Shown: positions 1 to 7,193 of the stretch, in pieces | Layout of the letters: every line of letters begins with the position of its first letter | Numbering within the stretch: the first letter of the stretch is position 1 | Virus record (IMG/VR): IMGVR_UViG_3300045988_016231 | Location: 1 to 43,096 of that record | DNA: 43,096 bases | Direction: 5' to 3' (one strand) | DNA from: a virus | Translations under genes and position numbers: made by a program | The notes under the pieces: generated by a model | The model's database searches: none | The model's input: only the letters and a program-made list of their open reading frames with translations | What the model was told of the DNA's origin: nothing

Positions 1-141
1 GCCGAACAGATAAGAGGCGAATTTCGTTCCGTCAGGCATCATTAGGTTAAAAACAAAGTTCCCACCCGATACTCCGTTGCTCTGTACTGCGGCTGAAATA
101 CCGTTCACCATACCTGCCGATGCTAGGCCGAGCCCGGAAGA
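1..141. repeat. Terminal overlap, identical to 42956..43096
   Basis: Base-for-base identity over 141 nt read directly. It lies inside the tape-measure ORF, so it is most simply an assembly closure of a circular or circularly permuted genome. Confidence 0.95.
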
Positions 142-1830
142 AGCAAAGTCCACTTGGGCCGTGCCGAAATCCATGCCGCCCTCAATATCCCGGCGGATAC
201 GGTCATACTCATTGTCCCAGCCCTGTCCAAGACCGAGGGCCATGTTTTTACCCATGTCGGCAAATACTGTAGACGGAGAATGAATACCTAAAAAATCTTT
301 TACTCCGCCTACAATATCTCCAAAAAATCCTGTTACTTTGCCGACTAGCCAGTCAGCCGCACCAGCGATACCCTCCCAGATTCCTTCCACGATAGCCTTA
401 CCGACATCCACAACACCGTCCATGAGGTTTTCAATTCCGGTAATAATGGCGTTGATAATCAGCGGAAGGGATGCCACCAGATCTGGAATTGCACCTATAA
501 TGCCGGTAATCAAGTTCTTTAAAATGTCAATTCCTGCTCTTGTGATTTTCGGCCAACTATCAGATAGATATTTTGTGAAGGATGTAATAACCTGCGGGAG
601 TGCTGCAACCATTTCTGGAATAGCTCCTATAATGCCATTCACGAGATTGTTCAGCAAATCCACTCCCTTGTCAAGAATTGTCGGGAGTTGCTCTGTGATG
701 TAATTTAGGAACTGCGTAATGATTTCCGGGATACGGGAAACCATATCGGGCAAACCCGTTTCAATTCCGCTGGTAAATTGGTCGAGAAGCTGCACACCCA
801 TATCCAGCACTTGCGGAAGCAGTTCGGTTAATGCCGCCCCAATTTCGGCTATAATTTGCGGAACCGCTGCAACCAGTGTCGGGATGCTCTGCACTATGCC
901 GCTGGCAAGGGAGGACAAAATCTGAACGCCCATGTTTAGAAATGCGGGTAGTTGCTCAACCACTTTCTGGACAAGGCCCTGAACAGAGGTCGCAAACGCC
1001 TCGTCTGCCCCCTCTGTGCCAGACAACATCCCAGAAAACGCCGTTGCCACTTTGGAGATAGCTGGAAGAAATTCTGATAAAAGCTGATTCTTTACATTGG
1101 ATACCGTCTGTCCAAGGGTAGCAAGAGTAGCGTCCAACTGTGCCTGATTGTTCCGGGCTTCCACAAGAGCCTCGTTGTTGCGGTAAAATGCCTCACTCGC
1201 CTCGTCATAAGTCCCCGCAAGGGTGTCCATGATGAGTTGGTTCCGCTCGCTCTCGCTACCGCAGGCTTCCAGCTTGGCATTAAATTCATCCTCGCTGATG
1301 CTGGCCCAATTTAGCGCATCGGCCAGTGTACCAGTGACCTGCCCCACTCTAGCTGTTTCATTTGCGGATTCAATTAAGCCCTCGATGGGCAGGGCATCGC
1401 CAAATGTGCCAGCAACACCAGCAGCAATATTAGTCCATGTGGAAACGTCCTCGGCGCTGTCTGCCAGTTTTGCAAGGAGCTGGGACGCTTCGGTGGCGGT
1501 ATCCGTATCACCTAGGATGCCGTAAAAAGCGTTGTATGCCTGCTGGGCCGTCTCCGCACCATATCCAGCCGCCTCAAAAGCGGTATTGAGTTTACCCATT
1601 GCAACCCGGTATTCCTCGGTGGAGGACTCCAGGGCCAGCAGACCACCAACCGCTGCGCCTGCTGCTGTGGTAATTGCACCAATACCAGCCGCCGCCACTT
1701 TCCCAGCAGATGCAAGGCTGCTTTTTAATTTGGAGGCGAGGCTACTCCCGCTCTTAGATACGTCCTTTACGCCACTATCATACTCACTGGTATCCAAACT
1801 GATTTTCGCAAATAGATCAAACAGGTTAAT
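1..1830 (-). CDS. Tail tape measure protein (N-terminal ~610 codons; the ORF continues across the junction to the stop at 42902)
   Basis: Open minus-strand frame translating INLFDLFAKISLDTSEYDSGVKDV...AAGIGAITTAAGAAVGGLLALESSTEEYRVAMGKLNTAFEAAG..., followed by repeated helical G(I/L)xxxIP motifs. It sits directly after the chaperone pair. The frame is continuous with 42955..42902. The start codon is uncertain (ATT 1830, CTG 1824 or TTG 1797). Confidence 0.85.
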   Translation of the reverse strand, partial: MNLFDLFAKISLDTSEYDSGVKDVSKSGSSLASKLKSSLASAGKVAAAGIGAITTAAGAAVGGLLALESSTEEYRVAMGKLNTAFEAAGYGAETAQQAYNAFYGILGDTDTATEASQLLAKLADSAEDVSTWTNIAAGVAGTFGDALPIEGLIESANETARVGQVTGTLADALNWASISEDEFNAKLEACGSESERNQLIMDTLAGTYDEASEAFYRNNEALVEARNNQAQLDATLATLGQTVSNVKNQLLSEFLPAISKVATAFSGMLSGTEGADEAFATSVQGLVQKVVEQLPAFLNMGVQILSSLASGIVQSIPTLVAAVPQIIAEIGAALTELLPQVLDMGVQLLDQFTSGIETGLPDMVSRIPEIITQFLNYITEQLPTILDKGVDLLNNLVNGIIGAIPEMVAALPQVITSFTKYLSDSWPKITRAGIDILKNLITGIIGAIPDLVASLPLIINAIITGIENLMDGVVDVGKAIVEGIWEGIAGAADWLVGKVTGFFGDIVGGVKDFLGIHSPSTVFADMGKNMALGLGQGWDNEYDRIRRDIEGGMDFGTAQVDFASSGLGLASAGMVNGISAAVQSNGVSGGNFVFNLMMPDGTKFASYLFG

Positions 1831-1878
1831 AGGTGCCGCCTCCTTTCACGGCACCACTTAGCCCTTCCCTGCCACCAC

Positions 1879-2184
1879 TTAGACAGAGGCGATTTTATTT
1901 TTCATGTAGGCGATGATTTCTTCTGGTGTTCGGTTTTCTTCTGGCCTCGGATGCTCAATGTCCAGGTATCTTGCCCTCATATAAGTCCCACCAGCATATT
2001 TCGCCGTGTTTTCTCCGATAATTTTCAGAGCGTCCGTTAAATATATGCGATACGCCTGTTCTTTTGCCGCTTGATTGATGAGGGCTGGGAGTGCCGCCAA
2101 AATTGCCCGTACCCCCATTCCCCGCACGGACAGGAGGCAGAGAATTACTCGCTCTTTTCCTCCTGCCCAAACGATTTGAAAAAA
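1879..2184 (-). CDS. Tail assembly chaperone T-extension (-1 frame, expressed as a G-T fusion)
   Basis: The frame is open from the slippery site to the stop at 1879. It is in the -1 frame relative to the G ORF. It has the standard position between the major tail and tape-measure genes. Confidence 0.7.
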   Translation of the reverse strand, partial: FFQIVWAGGKERVILCLLSVRGMGVRAILAALPALINQAAKEQAYRIYLTDALKIIGENTAKYAGGTYMRARYLDIEHPRPEENRTPEEIIAYMKNKIASV

Positions 2185-2513
2185 TCAAGCAGTTCTTTAT
2201 CCTTGAAAACAGAACGAATTTGCAGAATCGTTGTCAATACATTCTGCTTTTCCACCGCCTCTGCCGTGGTATCATTCAGAACAGACAAAATCCCAAACAC
2301 ATCCGCCCGGTGGTCTTTCAGCAGAACCGAAACCAACATGGCGCATTTTTGTGCCCCATAGGTGTACAGCTCTGCCACGCTTTTCCCCTTGCTGTCAAAC
2401 TTCTTCCCAAGCTCATCCAAGAGAGCCTTATCCCCGGTGATATTGGCGATATAAGGCGTCAGTTCGCACAGTACATCTACCGCCTGCTCGGTAGTCAGTT
2501 CAGATAGTTTCAT
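2145..2513 (-). CDS. Tail assembly chaperone (gpG-like)
   Basis: 122 aa, MKLSELTTEQAVDVL... The ATG at 2513 follows a GGAGGA. Acidic C-terminus. Located between the major tail protein and the tape measure. Confidence 0.75.
   Translation of the reverse strand: MKLSELTTEQAVDVLCELTPYIANITGDKALLDELGKKFDSKGKSVAELYTYGAQKCAMLVSVLLKDHRADVFGILSVLNDTTAEAVEKQNVLTTILQIRSVFKDKELLDFFKSFGQEEKSE
2178..2184 (-). promoter_or_regulatory. -1 programmed frameshift slippery heptamer T_TTT_TTC
   Basis: On the minus strand GAT TTT TTC is in the G frame, giving the X_XXY_YYZ arrangement. The -1 frame stays open to 1879. Confidence 0.7.
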
Positions 2514-2517
2514 GGTG

Positions 2518-3090
2518 TCAATCCTCCGAAGGTGCGGCGCTATAGAACTCCATTGGCATGGTGTCCTGTGCGTCGATGGACACATGGCCGGTCAGTTCCA
2601 CGGATACCTGGCCTTTGCCGTTCTTGGTCGTCTGAAGGGTAAAGCCTCCAGTAGACAGGGCATTTTTTAGGCAAACGGCTACCATGCCGCCATCCGCCCG
2701 GTCTCCTACCCACCATAGATCGGCAAAATCAGTCTGCTTCAGATCACGTCTAGGGGTAATTTTTGTGGTGTCCGGGCTTCCAATATCCGCTACACCCAGG
2801 GCCAGCTTGATACTAGCCGGGGATGTACCCAGGGAGGTGAACGACATTTTGCACTCCCAGCCATCCAGATGCTTCAATTCTTTTGTGTTGTTGGGGCAAT
2901 TATCCACATCCTCCCCCAAATCAGAATAGGTAGGAACACATGAAATATTGATGCCGCCGGTGGTGGGGCAGATAATATCCTCGTCCGCCGGAGCTGTCGG
3001 CGTCGCTGGGGTAAACTTCTTCAAAATCACGCCCGCGTCAAGCTGCATCTCCTCGAACGTGCTCTGCGGAATGACAGTAAATTTGCCCAT
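2518..3090 (-). CDS. Major tail protein
   Basis: 190 aa, MGKFTVIPQSTFEEMQLDAGVILKKF... Position immediately upstream of the chaperone pair. Beta-rich composition. Confidence 0.75.
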   Translation of the reverse strand: MGKFTVIPQSTFEEMQLDAGVILKKFTPATPTAPADEDIICPTTGGINISCVPTYSDLGEDVDNCPNNTKELKHLDGWECKMSFTSLGTSPASIKLALGVADIGSPDTTKITPRRDLKQTDFADLWWVGDRADGGMVAVCLKNALSTGGFTLQTTKNGKGQVSVELTGHVSIDAQDTMPMEFYSAAPSED

Positions 3091-3103
3091 GTGGGCCTCC
3101 TTC

Positions 3104-3472
3104 CTAGCTGAATGTCAGATATTCAGCAGTAATATTTATGTATCTTCGTTTAATTGCGGGATCTTCTTCGTATGTAAGGCTTTGGCACCAGGGGGAGCCG
3201 CGTTTGAGCCATATATACCCCTCATCGCAGGTGAGATACACTCCGCCGTATCCAATGCGCTTGGATAGCTCCTGTGACTTTTCGTCCGGTATGGCCTCGC
3301 TCTCCGTGCGGAACCATAGGTTGACGGTCAGGCCCACTTCCCCGGCGTCAAAGGTGCTTTCGATGTATTCATAGGTGCCGTAGGGAAACACCACGTCGTC
3401 AGGCACAGAGCTAGCCCGGTAGAAGGGCATGAACTCGTTAAACCAAGAAAACAGGGCTTTGTTTTTGGTCAT
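3104..3472 (-). CDS. Tail terminator / tail completion-like protein
   Basis: 122 aa from MTKNKALFSWF... ATGA overlap with the upstream gene. The assignment rests on position just before the major tail gene. Confidence 0.5.
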   Translation of the reverse strand: MTKNKALFSWFNEFMPFYRASSVPDDVVFPYGTYEYIESTFDAGEVGLTVNLWFRTESEAIPDEKSQELSKRIGYGGVYLTCDEGYIWLKRGSPWCQSLTYEEDPAIKRRYINITAEYLTFS

Positions 3473-3825
3473 AACGCCCCGGCCTCCCGCCATGCCTTAT
3501 AGATTTTCGGACCCTGTACTGCTATCCAATCCACCATTTCCTCATTAGTGGCCCACGGCCCATCAACAGAAAATGTGTTGCTTCCAAGCCCACTTTCATC
3601 AAAGAACGCATGGACTATTTCATGGCGGAGCGTTTTTTTCTCAGAGGCGGAAATAGTTTCTTTTGCCTCATGCTCCCATCCTTTGTACGTGGACATATCG
3701 CAAACCACAATTTTCTTTGTTAGCCAATCACAATACCCGTCAATGCTGCGCCGCTCAAATGCTTCATCTTCGGCGTACTTCTTGATTTCGATGGTGTATT
3801 CTGTTCCGAGAACATTCACTATCAT
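3469..3825 (-). CDS. Small HExxH (zinc metallopeptidase-motif) protein inside the head-tail connector block
   Basis: 118 aa from MIVNVLGTEYTIEIKKY... It contains LRHEIVHAF. ATGA overlaps with both neighbours. Confidence 0.55.
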   Translation of the reverse strand: MIVNVLGTEYTIEIKKYAEDEAFERRSIDGYCDWLTKKIVVCDMSTYKGWEHEAKETISASEKKTLRHEIVHAFFDESGLGSNTFSVDGPWATNEEMVDWIAVQGPKIYKAWREAGAL

Positions 3826-4172
3826 GTGGTCAGCGCCCACCTCTCCGCAGTGAAGTATTTCAGCGGCAGCGTGGAGGAGCGAGGGGCCTGTTTGTCCTCC
3901 GGGTTGGAGGTCACGCGGTAGGTTTCTCCCGTACCCTTGTCCTTGAATACGTCGTTGTACTCAATGGGTACGGCCTTGTCCACCAGAGCGGAATACAGGC
4001 TGGTCACGCCCTCCTTTTCCGCCCGTCGGGCCTCCATGGAGGTGTCCATAGCCTGATAATTGGTAAACTCTGCGCCCTCTGTCCATTCCACGATATAGCC
4101 GCCAGCGCCGTCGGAAACACGCTTCTTTTCCATCAGTACGCAAGTCCGAGCAAAATCGTCTAATAGGCTCAT
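3822..4172 (-). CDS. Head closure / stopper-like protein
   Basis: 116 aa from MSLLDDFARTCVLMEKKRVSDGAGGY... ATGA overlap. Position after the adaptor gene. Confidence 0.55.
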   Translation of the reverse strand: MSLLDDFARTCVLMEKKRVSDGAGGYIVEWTEGAEFTNYQAMDTSMEARRAEKEGVTSLYSALVDKAVPIEYNDVFKDKGTGETYRVTSNPEDKQAPRSSTLPLKYFTAERWALTT

Positions 4173-4594
4173 ATAATACCTCCAATTCTCCGCCATGCGT
4201 TTAGCTGGCTCTTAAATACATCTTGCCAGCCCACAGCTACGCCGCTGGAATTGGTAGCTTTGCTATACGAATAACCACCAAAACTCTCACTGGTGTACGG
4301 CCCCGGATTACCATTTTTCTTGTTCCAGACAGTAATCTCGTCCGCTAGGGAAACCAACGCTTTGGGCACCGCCAGCGCCCAAACAGCGCCATCAAATGTT
4401 TCCTCAACCATGTCCTGTGCTGGGTATTGATGAAGCCCGTCATTAAAGACAGACCCCACCACCCGGAAATACTGCCCTGTTTGCAGGAAGGGCAGCGTAA
4501 TGCCGCCGTCCTGCACTGTGAACTTTCCGGTGTGGATGCCATCAGGCACCAAAAACCAGTTGTTCAGGTGTTGCAAAACTTGTTCCAGCATCAC
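4169..4594 (-). CDS. Head-tail adaptor/connector protein
   Basis: 141 aa MMLEQVLQHLNNWF... Strong AAAGGAGGG Shine-Dalgarno. It is the first gene after the capsid gene. Confidence 0.55.
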   Translation of the reverse strand: MMLEQVLQHLNNWFLVPDGIHTGKFTVQDGGITLPFLQTGQYFRVVGSVFNDGLHQYPAQDMVEETFDGAVWALAVPKALVSLADEITVWNKKNGNPGPYTSESFGGYSYSKATNSSGVAVGWQDVFKSQLNAWRRIGGII

Positions 4595-4669
4595 GCCGCC
4601 CTCCTTTAGTTCGATGTGCGTTTCCTTGTGCTTTTCACGGCCACGGTGGCGGCGGTCGCCGCCTCATGT

Positions 4670-4716
4670 GCCCCCGTGTCTGTCTGGCCTGTATCAGCCG
4701 GGGGCGTTAACCCCCC
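4670..4716 (-). other. G_GGG_GGT heptamer at the capsid stop plus a 7-bp GC hairpin (possible -1 frameshift signal)
   Basis: Minus strand reads CCG GGG GGT TAA. The GCCCCCG (4705-4699) / CGGGGGC (4676-4670) stem starts 4 nt after the heptamer. The -1 frame is open for 34 codons to the TAA at 4608-4606. Confidence 0.3.
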
Positions 4717-5636
4717 GGCGACACAGTAATTTTGGCAATGCCATCCAAATACTCAGCCCACAGCTTCATACCCATAATGGCGTAGCTCTCGCCCACAGCG
4801 GTGGAGTAATTACCCTGTGCGTGGAAGCCGATGAGGTTGGTTTCACCCTGCACAGTGTAATTCAGGCCCAGCCGTGCAAACTCGCTGTCGCCGGGATCGG
4901 CGTAGTACAGGTCGATATTCTCCACGGGGGTGGCAATCACCGTGTTCCGCGCAATGGCGGTGTTGCCGGAAACAGTGGCAGGCAACAGGAACAGGGTGGA
5001 ATATCCCATAAAGTCCTTGACGTAGTTGATGCCGAACTGGGTCTGGACGGTAATGTCAGCCGTGCCCAAGTAGTCGTAGGCATCAAGAATATTCGCAAAG
5101 CCCACAACAGAGGTAACGTCCTTCGCCATAACCGCGAACTTGTTGAGCACCTCGCCCTGCGCTTTAGCAAGTGCGGCCTGCCAGGTGGTGGCGGTTCCCG
5201 TCAGAGAGCCGGTGTTCAGGAAGGTGTAGAAATCGCCCAGCACCACATTCTGGAGCTTGGTTAGAAAAGCGTCGTCGCTCTTTTCCACCGCAATTTCCGC
5301 GCCATACTTGTCCACGTCCTCGATAGGGACAGCCTTGGCATACTTCTTGATAGTCAAGTCAGCTTTTGTCGCCTGAGTAATGGTGGCCTTGCTGTACGGG
5401 ATCACATTGCCGGGATCAACATCGCCATCCTCCAACGTAACGTCAGCCGTATAAGAGATTAGCTGAGTGCCAGGGGTCTTTCGGATGGGCCGCATGATGC
5501 CCAGAATGGTGCGAAGCGCATACCAGTTATCGTTAAACCGGGTAACGAAGTCCACCTCACGGGCGGTAATGCTGGTATAGGTATTGGGGAGGGAATCCCT
5601 TGGATTGGTCAGGCTTTCAACTTTTGTAGCAGCCAT
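4707..5636 (-). CDS. Major capsid protein
   Basis: 309 aa MAATKVESLTNPRDSLPNTYTSITAREVDFVTRFNDNW... It follows the scaffold gene. Confidence 0.85.
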   Translation of the reverse strand: MAATKVESLTNPRDSLPNTYTSITAREVDFVTRFNDNWYALRTILGIMRPIRKTPGTQLISYTADVTLEDGDVDPGNVIPYSKATITQATKADLTIKKYAKAVPIEDVDKYGAEIAVEKSDDAFLTKLQNVVLGDFYTFLNTGSLTGTATTWQAALAKAQGEVLNKFAVMAKDVTSVVGFANILDAYDYLGTADITVQTQFGINYVKDFMGYSTLFLLPATVSGNTAIARNTVIATPVENIDLYYADPGDSEFARLGLNYTVQGETNLIGFHAQGNYSTAVGESYAIMGMKLWAEYLDGIAKITVSPGG

Positions 5637-5650
5637 TTAATTCAGTCCTT

Positions 5651-6277
5651 TCATGTAATTTGGTTTTCCATAAGCGCTTTCTGGCGCTCTGCGGCAGACA
5701 TTACATACCGGCCATGGTCGTCCTTCTTGTAGATGTCTGCCTTCGTCATAGAGCCACCGCCGATGTTGCCGGGAGGCGTCGCGGTGTCCGCGCCTTTTAC
5801 GGTAGTCGTGCTCACCAAGCCAGAGAAAGTTCCATTGACCAACTCATCCAAGGCGGAGACATCTTTGATTTTGTTGCCGTCCATCTCCAAGGAATTGATC
5901 TCCTCCGAACTGCCCCGGATAGCGATATCAAGGCTCTTGCCGGTAATGCCCTTGCTCTCGTAATAGGCCCTCACGGCCTTTTCCTTGGCTGCTTTGGTCT
6001 CTTTGCTGGCCTGTTCGCTCTTATAGTTGTCGAACTCACCTTTCAGCGCATCATACTTGTCTTTCCACTTTCCGGCGGTTGTTGCACTGTCCTCGGCGGT
6101 CTGCTTTTCGGTTTTCAGGGTTTCGATCTCTTCGAGCTTTTCCGTGTATCGCTCTTTTGCAACGAACTCCCTTCCAACGGAAGAGTTGACGGCCTGCGCC
6201 AGCTTGGCAACGGCATCAGAAGGGATAGATCCATCCTCGCTGATGTACTTTCTGATAATTGCGTCAATGTCGAACAT
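5651..6277 (-). CDS. Scaffolding protein (phage GP20-like)
   Basis: 208 aa. Coiled-coil, K/E-rich: MFDIDAIIRKYISEDGSIP...KERYTEKLEEIETLK. It lies immediately upstream of the capsid gene. Confidence 0.8.
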   Translation of the reverse strand: MFDIDAIIRKYISEDGSIPSDAVAKLAQAVNSSVGREFVAKERYTEKLEEIETLKTEKQTAEDSATTAGKWKDKYDALKGEFDNYKSEQASKETKAAKEKAVRAYYESKGITGKSLDIAIRGSSEEINSLEMDGNKIKDVSALDELVNGTFSGLVSTTTVKGADTATPPGNIGGGSMTKADIYKKDDHGRYVMSAAERQKALMENQIT

Positions 6278-6350
6278 GTTTACATTCCTTTCTCGCTGTT
6301 ACGGGTGCTACCCTAAGAATGTTTGTATAAAATCCGCAAATGCGGGTCTT

Positions 6351-6405
6351 ACCAAAAGAAAAAGCGTGAGCAGATACCGAGATTTACTCGATATCTACCC
6401 ACGCT
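6351..6405 (-). terminator. Strong minus-strand intrinsic terminator inside the head module
   Basis: 14-bp stem (6363-6376 / 6392-6405) that needs two G-U pairs available only in the minus-strand RNA. It is followed by UUUUUCUUUUGG (plus strand 6351-6362). Confidence 0.65.
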
Positions 6406-6449
6406 CGGGCCTTCCGCCTCAACGCTTAGAGGCGGGAGCAATATTTATT

Positions 6450-6632
6450 TCAGAAAAATGATTTTAACCCATTTAAAACCGATGAAATTATATAATCCCA
6501 AATATCTGCAAGCCCTATGTCTGCAAATCGTTCTAACAAGGCATTAAGCGCGCAAAAAATCGCAACCATTATAAGTGCAGAACAGAACAGAGCGAAAGAA
6601 AGCATCGTGACTGCAAATAACAAATTAAGCAT
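6450..6632 (-). CDS. Small hydrophobic (membrane) protein
   Basis: 60 aa MLNLLFAVTMLSFALFCSALIMVAIFCAL... The start overlaps the stop of the upstream small ORF. Confidence 0.4.
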   Translation of the reverse strand: MLNLLFAVTMLSFALFCSALIMVAIFCALNALLERFADIGLADIWDYIISSVLNGLKSFF

Positions 6633-6759
6633 CCCTGTGCTTAACCTCCTCCCGCTTAATATGTATAATTTTAACACCATTTTTCACGGGAATCAACTCT
6701 ATTCTGTCCCCTTTTGCGAGAACTGCCTCAATGGCCCTGATTTGGTTTTCATCCATCAT
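6625..6759 (-). CDS. Small hypothetical protein (44 aa, below the ORF-track cutoff)
   Basis: MMDENQIRAIEAVLAKGDRIELIPVKNGVKIIHIKREEVKHRDA. ATGA overlap with the gp10-like stop. It fills an otherwise empty gap. Confidence 0.4.
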   Translation of the reverse strand: MMDENQIRAIEAVLAKGDRIELIPVKNGVKIIHIKREEVKHRDA

Positions 6760-7193
6760 GCGTTCTCCAAACTATCTTCAAGGATGTCTCTATATTCCTG
6801 TGTATGGTCTTTCGCCGCCGGTGCAATAAACGGCCTTGCCGGGTTTCCTGCTGTCCAATGCCAATTTCCCTCGTCATCCTGATACACCCACGGCGTGGGG
6901 CGACCTCCATCGGCGTATTTGCCGGTTCCTAATTCCACATAGGGGGCGTACTCGACTCCTTGCACACCAACATACACTTCCTCGCCGTCTACAAGATAGG
7001 AAACATGGCTCGCAAGGTTTCCCGTGTCCCACGCCTTTTGGTCTCTCAATGACTTTACAGCGTAATTCACCGCTTTTTGCCCGATAGATTCCAGTCCCCG
7101 CTCTAAAGCGTTTTGAAACGCAGCCAAAATCTCTCCGCTGTTGTCCTCGAACGTATATTCAAAACCATGCGTTGAAAACGTCTGCCTTGCCAT
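6756..7193 (-). CDS. HK97 gp10-family protein
   Basis: 145 aa with the DTGNL...YAPYVELGTG...ARPFIAPA pattern typical of the gp10 family. Confidence 0.7.
   Translation of the reverse strand: MARQTFSTHGFEYTFEDNSGEILAAFQNALERGLESIGQKAVNYAVKSLRDQKAWDTGNLASHVSYLVDGEEVYVGVQGVEYAPYVELGTGKYADGGRPTPWVYQDDEGNWHWTAGNPARPFIAPAAKDHTQEYRDILEDSLENA

Noticed and set aside
1-141. 141-bp end duplication as a biological direct terminal repeat or cos region
   Set aside because: It lies in the middle of the tape-measure ORF and keeps the frame intact across the junction. This fits an assembly overlap of a circular or permuted genome, not a packaging terminus.
77-1861. Series of plus-strand ORFs (77-283, 338-703, 719-925, 1223-1525, 1532-1861)
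   Set aside because: All lie antisense to one continuous minus-strand tape-measure frame. That frame is missing from the track only because it runs off the window edge.
4500-5264. 254-codon plus-strand ORF
   Set aside because: It is antisense to the major capsid and adaptor genes and has a junk-like translation.
6756-7193. HK97 gp10-like gene sitting between MuF and scaffold instead of in the connector block, considered as a rearrangement signal
   Set aside because: It is translationally coupled to both neighbours by 1-4 nt overlaps and has no flanking repeats. This is most simply ordinary module mosaicism.
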